22,166 nucleotides of DNA, from the IMG/VR virus record IMGVR_UViG_3300044971_003869. One strand, 5' to 3'. How positions within the stretch are numbered: position 1 is the stretch's first letter; every line of letters begins with the position of its first letter. Positions 15,861-22,166 of the stretch are shown here, in pieces. Under the pieces are notes generated by a model. That model did not search any database and was not told where the DNA came from. It saw only the letters and a list, made by a program, of their open reading frames with translations. The stretch is from a virus. A program made the position numbers and the translations under genes.

Positions 15861-16391
15861 TTATGCACCTGGCTTAGGCAAAGCCCTCCATGCAGCTTCC
15901 ATCTTTGCTGCATCCTTAGCAAACTCTGGCTCAAGTTCAATGTGAATCCACTTACCACCAAAAGAACCAGCATTATCTTTAGCGTCATATATTTTTACAC
16001 CCTTTTCGCCTTCACCTCTTGAGCAGCGGAATCCTCTACCATAACCAGGCTTTTTATCCGAAGCGTTTGCATCGTAAGCGTAGTCGTGAATCTCTACAAT
16101 GCCCAAAGCTTCAGCATTTGCGAGGAACCAATCCCACATTGCTACACCGATTTTGCGGTCTGTGTAACCAATGTCTGCTGCTGCACCAGTTGCGTGAACT
16201 GACAGCCACTTTTCCATTCCTGGATCGCCAATCTTTTTACCAGCGGTATGGGAATTTCTCATCAATCTAGGAGAGTAAATTCCCATGTTGCTAGTCTTCC
16301 ATCTACGAGCGCAAGCATTGACAAACCATTCTGTTCCAGCTCCTGCTTTTTTGCCATCAAATGATGGATAATATGGATATTTTCTTGGCAT
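15861..16391 (-). CDS. endolysin, peptidase M15-like (D-Ala-D-Ala carboxypeptidase fold), 176 aa
   Basis: SVHATGAAADIGY and GGKWIHIELEP match the SxHxxGxAxD...HxE zinc/active-site pattern; AGGAG RBS. Confidence 0.7.
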   Translation of the reverse strand: MPRKYPYYPSFDGKKAGAGTEWFVNACARRWKTSNMGIYSPRLMRNSHTAGKKIGDPGMEKWLSVHATGAAADIGYTDRKIGVAMWDWFLANAEALGIVEIHDYAYDANASDKKPGYGRGFRCSRGEGEKGVKIYDAKDNAGSFGGKWIHIELEPEFAKDAAKMEAAWRALPKPGA

Positions 16392-16426
16392 TTTGATTCT
16401 CCTTTTAAATTTTAAAATATGTTATT

Positions 16427-16432
16427 ATAGTA
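16427..16432 (-). promoter_or_regulatory. TTACTATA element / putative -10 of the endolysin gene
   Basis: Minus strand CGTTACTATAATAAC, about 35 nt upstream of the ATG at 16391. Confidence 0.5.
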
Positions 16433-16442
16433 ACGAATATTA

Positions 16443-17114
16443 TCAAAAAGATGTAGTGAACATCTCCACTGCTTCTGGCTGCTCTTCTGCTACCTTTGGG
16501 TGAATCGTTTCTATTAAAACTAGTGGCTCTCTAGTGAATCTATCAGCCGCAAACCAACCATTGTTTACAGCATCATTTACCAGAATTTCGGCAGCGTGGG
16601 GCTTGATGGCGTATGCGTACGCGCAGTTCATGGATACTATACCTCTAGCCTCGCCTGGGCTAAAACCCATTCTAAAGACAGAATCTTGTATACCATCAGC
16701 ATACTCATCAAAAGTGCCTCTCATGTGCCTTCTTCTGATTGAACCTTCCCAGTCTAAGTGTAGTACATCTTTCCAGATAAAATCATTCCAAGGTCTTAAA
16801 ATTTTTGCGTCGTGCTCCATTATTATAATAGGCTCATTTAAAGATATTGATTTTAACCAAAGATCAAAATGCGATGCGAAGCATCCTATTGTTCCGACTA
16901 CTGTCGTCCATCTATTATATAAATCAAAGTATGGAACTGTAGTATCAGATATGGGCCTAACGTTATGAGACAAAAGGAAATCAGATGACTCTTCGCCACA
17001 GTGCGCATCAAAAACATGTGCTTCGTAGCCGTGAACATTTAAAGACTCAATACAATTATTTGACAATCTAACTGAAGACTCATTGTCTTTTAATGTTATA
17101 ACAAAAGCTTTCAT
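16443..17114 (-). CDS. glycosyltransferase family 25-like (start revised from 17129)
   Basis: MKAFVITLKDNESSVRLSNNCIESLN..., GCFASHFDLWLKSI, IIIMEHDAKILRP; ATG overlaps the preceding stop (17114-17116). Confidence 0.75.
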   Translation of the reverse strand: MKAFVITLKDNESSVRLSNNCIESLNVHGYEAHVFDAHCGEESSDFLLSHNVRPISDTTVPYFDLYNRWTTVVGTIGCFASHFDLWLKSISLNEPIIIMEHDAKILRPWNDFIWKDVLHLDWEGSIRRRHMRGTFDEYADGIQDSVFRMGFSPGEARGIVSMNCAYAYAIKPHAAEILVNDAVNNGWFAADRFTREPLVLIETIHPKVAEEQPEAVEMFTTSF

Positions 17115-17884
17115 TATAAGACTTTCCAATCTTCTGGAATTAAATCTTTTATATCATGATTTAATTTTGGCCCAAACCAAACTTCTGGAACTGTTATTTC
17201 CTTATTTGGATCCTCGTTTAACCATGCGCCCCACCAACTAAATGAACTATTAGCTAAAATGTGTCCATCACATTGAGACATCAGGTACATATCTTCATAG
17301 TTGCTATTCTGTGAAAAAATGAACTTACCCGTATTGAGTAAGTCTAAATTCATACACCATTCAATGTCATCAGAAAAAACAAAACCCAAATCATAGGAAT
17401 CAAATTTTTTAATAGACTGAGCATAATATTCATATGGTGGGATAGGATGGGAATCTGAGTATTGAAGATAATCAGTTCTTCTAAAGTGAATAGAAAAAAT
17501 CTTCATTCCAGTTAATGACTGCATTATTGGAGATACGTGATCTATTATTTCATCTTTAAATATAAAATCTTTTCTTATATCTTCTTCAATGTGTTTAAAG
17601 TATTTTTCAGTTTGAAAATAACCCATTAAGTCTCTATCGTCTATTTTTTCATTAAAAAAATCTTCATCAAAATGATAAAATCTTTCGTTGAATGTTTGTA
17701 GACCCTGTATTGGGTTAATGTGATTTTCTATACTCGGCAGTTTAAATGCTTCGAATAAGCTATGCCCACTTGATGGTATTTGATAATCATTTCCACCATT
17801 TACAGCAATTCCTTTTGTTGCTGCGTATTGAAACATTTGATTTCCAAGACGACCATTTCTACCTAAAGTATTATGAGTCAGCAT
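17114..17884 (-). CDS. GT11 family (alpha-1,2-fucosyltransferase-like) glycosyltransferase
   Basis: GRLGNQMFQYAATKGIA, FSIHFRRTDYL, SFSWWGAWLN motifs. Confidence 0.88.
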   Translation of the reverse strand: MLTHNTLGRNGRLGNQMFQYAATKGIAVNGGNDYQIPSSGHSLFEAFKLPSIENHINPIQGLQTFNERFYHFDEDFFNEKIDDRDLMGYFQTEKYFKHIEEDIRKDFIFKDEIIDHVSPIMQSLTGMKIFSIHFRRTDYLQYSDSHPIPPYEYYAQSIKKFDSYDLGFVFSDDIEWCMNLDLLNTGKFIFSQNSNYEDMYLMSQCDGHILANSSFSWWGAWLNEDPNKEITVPEVWFGPKLNHDIKDLIPEDWKVL

Positions 17885-18476
17885 TTCTCTTCCAGTTTTC
17901 CCAAACGTAAGGATACTTCCAGGTTATAGAGTGCGTTTTAGATAATCCTTCTAATATATATGCGTATTCTTCTTCGTAGTTATCTATCATATGAAACTGT
18001 ATCTGAAGATTATCAAAAATACTAATAGTTCCATTGTCTATTAAATCCCTAAGAAGTGGATACTCCGCACCCTCAATGTTTATCTTGACTAGATCTATAT
18101 TATTGATATTTAAATCTTTTATAAAAGACTTCAAATCGATACAGTCTATTTCCATCAAATTATCTTCGTGATAGATGCTAGCTTCGTTATCATCAACACC
18201 AAGGGTTAATTTTCCATCAAACGTCCACGCAGCAACGTTGTGCATATGGACTTTTTCTTGGTCCCACAATCTAGCTTTGCATGAATTAAATAAAGGTGTT
18301 GGTTCAAATACGTGCATAGTGCATTTATACCTATTATAGATAGGGCTACACCAATCTCCAACGCTACCTCCAATATCAAAAACAATAGATTCTTCATTAA
18401 GATCGTAATCTAAACGAAGGGTTGCATCTCCACTGTCTGCGTACCATTGCGTTGAATCTGCTGGTCTAATTTTCAT
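17871..18476 (-). CDS. FkbM family methyltransferase
   Basis: VFDIGGSVGDW, HVFEPTP, VKINIEGAEYPLLRDLI. Confidence 0.82.
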   Translation of the reverse strand: MKIRPADSTQWYADSGDATLRLDYDLNEESIVFDIGGSVGDWCSPIYNRYKCTMHVFEPTPLFNSCKARLWDQEKVHMHNVAAWTFDGKLTLGVDDNEASIYHEDNLMEIDCIDLKSFIKDLNINNIDLVKINIEGAEYPLLRDLIDNGTISIFDNLQIQFHMIDNYEEEYAYILEGLSKTHSITWKYPYVWENWKRNADS

Positions 18477-19447
18477 TTAGCGTTAGCTTTCATCTTGTCA
18501 TAGATCCAAGAATAAGTGCTCTCCATGCCACTACGAAGAGATATGCTAGGCTCCCAATCGAACACTGATTTAAATAAAGTATTGTCACTATTTCTTCCTC
18601 TGACTCCTTGTGGAGCAGAGCTATCATAGATTCTCTTCACTTTGATGCCGGCGATATCTTCAGCTATATCCACTAATTGATTAATGGTAACTAGCTCAGC
18701 ACTACCAATATTTACAGGATCGTGCATGCTGGAGTTCATAAGGCCTATAGTTCCCTTTACACAGTCATCAACATACATAAATGATCTTGTCTGCTCACCG
18801 TCACCCCAAATAACGATCTCATTTTTTCCTGATATTTTAGCTTCTGCTATTTTTCTGGCAATTGCGGCTGGGGCTTTTTCTCTACCGCCAAAGTATGTGC
18901 CATGAGGTCCGTAAACATTATGATATCTAGCTACATGTGTAGCTATTTTATAATCTTCCATAAAGTGTCTGCACATTCTTTCGGAGAAAAGTTTTTCCCA
19001 ACCATATCCATCTTCTGCATCTGCTGGATAGGCGTCTGATTCTTTTAACGCAGTAACATCTGCAGAGTCTTGCTTAGATCCATTATAGACACAAGCTGAA
19101 GAAGTGAATAAGAAGTTCTTAACTCCGTTTTCTTTAGCTGCCATAAGCAGATGCGTATTAATTAGCACGCTTAGCATACACTCTGCTTTATTATTCTCAA
19201 TGAAACCAATTCCACCCATGTCTGCTGATAGGTTGTAAATTTGATCTACACCCTTAGATATATTTAAGCAGTTAAATTCCTTAGACATGTCAGACACTGC
19301 GCTATGAACATTGACACTAGTGTGAATTTGATGCCAATCCGACATAGACTTTTTATCAACTGCGATGATTTGATGTCCTTGCTTAGCGAGTGTGCCAACT
19401 AAGTGTCCACCAATAAATCCGCCTGCTCCAGTTACTAAAATTTTCAT
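18473..19447 (-). CDS. GDP-mannose 3,5-epimerase-like NAD-dependent epimerase
   Basis: MKILVTGAGGFIGGHL, LSADMGGIGFIENN, TSSACVYNGSKQ, ALKESDAYPADAEDGYGWEKL, YHNVYGPHGTYFGGREKAPAA, GDGEQTRSFMYVDDCV. Confidence 0.85.
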   Translation of the reverse strand: MKILVTGAGGFIGGHLVGTLAKQGHQIIAVDKKSMSDWHQIHTSVNVHSAVSDMSKEFNCLNISKGVDQIYNLSADMGGIGFIENNKAECMLSVLINTHLLMAAKENGVKNFLFTSSACVYNGSKQDSADVTALKESDAYPADAEDGYGWEKLFSERMCRHFMEDYKIATHVARYHNVYGPHGTYFGGREKAPAAIARKIAEAKISGKNEIVIWGDGEQTRSFMYVDDCVKGTIGLMNSSMHDPVNIGSAELVTINQLVDIAEDIAGIKVKRIYDSSAPQGVRGRNSDNTLFKSVFDWEPSISLRSGMESTYSWIYDKMKANAK

Positions 19448-20244
19448 GATGTTAAATTCCTATTCTCGTTATGGTTTTCTCTTAGTATAAGATCGAAGTG
19501 TCTATTATACAATATTCTCATGTTCTTATGGTTGGCTTTATACAGCCAATTTGCTACGCCACCAGTAGCTCTTGTGCCACCCCAGGAATAATCTGATTGA
19601 TAATCAATCCAGTAGCATCCTGAAACTTTTCCGTAATCTTTAAATGCCCTATAGGCCAAGTCATGATCATCCATTTCTTGCGGGGAGTATATCTCATCAA
19701 GATAATTTAACTTAACAAGGATTTCGTGATCTATCATTAGGGGGCCACGATTTACTGTACTTCTTACTGCAAAAGTATCTCTATCTATAGAAGATCTATC
19801 TGCGTGGTTTGTGTGATTTAAGATATCACACCAGCAGTCATCTAACTCTTCTTCTAATTCAAGGTGTAAAGATCTTGGATTTATTCTCCAATCATGTGCA
19901 GTTCTTGCGGTGACGGCAAATACATCTTTAAAGGAGAATGGTTTTTCCATTCTTAAATTCCATCCCTTTTCTTTAATTACCATATCATCTTGGATGATAA
20001 TTACTTTGTTACCCTCGGCTGCTTTTAGGCCAATATTATTTGCCTTTGTTTCAAAAACGTCGTCTGCATACTTTATCGTTGTATTACCTTTAGCCAATGA
20101 CTTAACAACCTTTTCGGAGTTATCAGTACAACCGTCCAATACCACTATTACTTCATACAGACCTTCTGTATTGTCGTATATGGAGGTCAGTACTTTATCT
20201 ACAAGCCAATCTTTATTGTGTACTGTTAATACTATGCTATGCAT
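19444..20244 (-). CDS. glycosyltransferase family 2
   Basis: SIVLTVHNKDWLVDKVLTSIYDNTEGLYEVIVVLDGCTDNSEKVV; VIIIQDDMV. Confidence 0.85.
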   Translation of the reverse strand: MHSIVLTVHNKDWLVDKVLTSIYDNTEGLYEVIVVLDGCTDNSEKVVKSLAKGNTTIKYADDVFETKANNIGLKAAEGNKVIIIQDDMVIKEKGWNLRMEKPFSFKDVFAVTARTAHDWRINPRSLHLELEEELDDCWCDILNHTNHADRSSIDRDTFAVRSTVNRGPLMIDHEILVKLNYLDEIYSPQEMDDHDLAYRAFKDYGKVSGCYWIDYQSDYSWGGTRATGGVANWLYKANHKNMRILYNRHFDLILRENHNENRNLTS

Positions 20245-20917
20245 TGGGGAACGTAAACTTTCTATACATCCCTATATCATCATAGGGAAGTCTTCTTCTT
20301 GTAACTATATTGGTCAAAATGCTCTGATCATGCCTATGGTCTTTAAATAAATCATGATTTTGTAAGCCAGAAACATTTTCTGCGTCAGTCAATATTCTAG
20401 CATCCTTGCAGTATTCTAGCCACTCTTGAAGTATCTCTTTAGATTTAATATTAACTGTCCAGTAAGAAACTCCAGCTTCTAACTGTGGAGCGTTCCAGTA
20501 CATCTCACTATCACAATCCATGTATACGAAGCAGTCTTTTTTTGTCCATGTTGCGTTGTGATTCCCATAAGAAATAAATAAGCAGCTTGAATATGTTAAA
20601 TGTGATTCTATCGCTTCAGTTATTGACTGACCATCAACCTCTGAAAAAAATAAGTCTCCACTATCAATATAGAATACTACATCTCCATCTTTGGCTTTAT
20701 TCATTGCGTCAAGAATAATGTAAGGCTTCCATAGCCAGTATCCTAATCCTCTTGGCTGATCCAGTATGGATTTATTTTGTTCATAAAATTCTGTTTTTTT
20801 TAACCAATCATGAGTATAAGAATGGCAGACAAACCCAATACTCTTACCTTGTTCGGAAAGCGCATCTTGTTTTTGTTTGAATTTTTCATCCGCAAATGTA
20901 ACTAAGTGCCAAGTCAT
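20237..20917 (-). CDS. putative glycosyltransferase (GT-A-like), 226 aa
   Basis: PRGLGYWLWKPYIILDAMNKAKDGDVVFYIDSGDLFF. Confidence 0.65.
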   Translation of the reverse strand: MTWHLVTFADEKFKQKQDALSEQGKSIGFVCHSYTHDWLKKTEFYEQNKSILDQPRGLGYWLWKPYIILDAMNKAKDGDVVFYIDSGDLFFSEVDGQSITEAIESHLTYSSCLFISYGNHNATWTKKDCFVYMDCDSEMYWNAPQLEAGVSYWTVNIKSKEILQEWLEYCKDARILTDAENVSGLQNHDLFKDHRHDQSILTNIVTRRRLPYDDIGMYRKFTFPNA

Positions 20918-20920
20918 TAT

Positions 20921-21508
20921 CTACTCATTATTCGCTATAAAATAACAACAGTCTGCTAAGTGAAAGATCGTAATTGTTCCACCTACATACAATTTTATGT
21001 CAGTATTTGGAAAATGTTTTTTAAATAGATCTAAAGTTAATGAATGTGGATGGCACTCGTTGATATCAGTATTGATTGGCTCAAATACTCTTACTTTTTT
21101 TGCTACTTTCTTAGACTTCTCTAAGCAAAGTTCTGGATCTATGGTGTGCTGTAAGAAGTTAATGAACCATACTTCATCAAAAACTTCATCAGAATCCCAT
21201 TCTTCAAATGGCTTAGTAAACGGGACTATGTTATATTGATTCCAGTGATTCTTTATTTCATCAGTGAAGTTGTCATATAAAGGTTCTACTCCAACTGTTG
21301 TGCCAGCTCCAGCAATAGCAGCCAGTGGGTAAGGACCACATCCAACTTCCAATATCTTTTTTCCAGATATATCTAAAATACTATCTTCAAAAAAATCAAA
21401 ATAAAAGTTTAAAAACCTATTTGCTTCTTCTATATTTGTCGACAATGCGTGAACATCTAACTCTGCTTTTTGAGCTTGGTTCCATCTATCTTGTGTTATC
21501 TTTTCCAT
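20921..21508 (-). CDS. class I SAM-dependent methyltransferase
   Basis: KKILEVGCGPYPLAAIAGAGTTVGVEPL motif I; VWFINFLQHTIDPE. Confidence 0.8.
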   Translation of the reverse strand: MEKITQDRWNQAQKAELDVHALSTNIEEANRFLNFYFDFFEDSILDISGKKILEVGCGPYPLAAIAGAGTTVGVEPLYDNFTDEIKNHWNQYNIVPFTKPFEEWDSDEVFDEVWFINFLQHTIDPELCLEKSKKVAKKVRVFEPINTDINECHPHSLTLDLFKKHFPNTDIKLYVGGTITIFHLADCCYFIANNE

Positions 21509-22166
21509 TAAAACAAACTTTCTATTTTATTAAGGAATTCTTGAGCTACATGATAGTAGGTTCCTTTTTCCTTTGCGTACTTTATTCCAAGAACTTGCTT
21601 TGCTAGTCTTTCTTTTTCATTTTTTGAATAAAGTTCTACTGCAGATTCTAAATGATCATAATTCTCCACGTATACCACAACCCCATCAGTAGCTTCTTCC
21701 GCCACTTTACAGTCCGATACTACAACACATCCGTATGCTAGCCCTTCAAATATTCTTTCAGTAGGAAGACCTAGCTTAGCATTTGAATCTGAGTTAAAAC
21801 CAAGTGATATCTTAGAAGATAAAAATCCGTTGTTAATTCTAGATTCTTCATCTAGTGTTGGCCAATAATAATGTACAAAGCAGTTGTATTTTTGAGAGAG
21901 TTGGTTAGTCCATTCCTCTTTATATCTAGCACCTACATAACCACAATCATATATATTGTTTCTTTTTTCCATTAAAGAATCTATTTCAAATGGATTAATA
22001 TCTGCAGAAAATGGTAACTTTACATAATTCTCTAAACCGGTGTACCAATCAATTAGGCCACCCCAATGGTTTCTTAAATCATCAGTAATATTTCTGTAAT
22101 GTTCACCAGTAAAGATATATTTTTTAAATGGAAAATCTATAGATTTGTCTAAATAATTTAACTTAT
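21508..22166 (-). CDS. glycosyltransferase (GT1/GT4 or CgeB-like), 5' end beyond the window
   Basis: LGLPTERIFEGLAYGCVVVSD donor-site motif. The frame stays open upstream of 21972 (KLNYLDKSIDFPFKKYIFTGEHYRNITDDLRNHWGGLIDWYTGLENYVKLPFSADINPFEIDSLMEKR...) to the window edge. Confidence 0.75.
   Translation of the reverse strand, partial: KLNYLDKSIDFPFKKYIFTGEHYRNITDDLRNHWGGLIDWYTGLENYVKLPFSADINPFEIDSLMEKRNNIYDCGYVGARYKEEWTNQLSQKYNCFVHYYWPTLDEESRINNGFLSSKISLGFNSDSNAKLGLPTERIFEGLAYGCVVVSDCKVAEEATDGVVVYVENYDHLESAVELYSKNEKERLAKQVLGIKYAKEKGTYYHVAQEFLNKIESLF

Noticed and set aside
16534-16968. 144-aa + strand ORF opposite the GT25 gene
   Set aside because: Antisense to a well-supported glycosyltransferase with motif conservation; no RBS or family resemblance.
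19910-20350. 146-aa + strand ORF
   Set aside because: Antisense overlap of two recognised transferase genes; no supporting features.

Overview
The window looks like part of a low-GC tailed-phage genome (or prophage), probably infecting an actinobacterium. The host is inferred only from TANNNT-type promoters, an M15-type endolysin and Thr/Pro/Gly-rich surface-protein style; no database search was possible. The left part (1-6.4 kb) is mostly + strand: small Zn-binding proteins, a tRNA-Gly(UCC), a dTDP-glucose 4,6-dehydratase-like enzyme, tandem paralogous HiPIP-like Cys-motif proteins and a 2OG-Fe(II) oxygenase. It is interrupted by two large minus-strand genes, one ADP-ribosyltransferase-like and one HExxH zincin. 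The centre (6.4-12.2 kb, minus) encodes tail-fibre/adhesin proteins, including one split by a 1-nt frameshift and two sharing a C-terminal domain. Next come a small holin-like protein, an unusual 807-aa secreted mosaic surface protein containing a strong in-frame internal start for a 65-aa holin-like peptide, a membrane protein and an M15-like endolysin. The right end (16.4-22.2 kb, minus) is a tightly overlapping sugar-modification operon: GT25, GT11, FkbM methyltransferase, GDP-mannose 3,5-epimerase-like enzyme, GT2, further glycosyltransferases and a SAM methyltransferase. A recurrent TTACTATA element lies just upstream of many gene starts and forms a perfect inverted repeat between two divergent genes.
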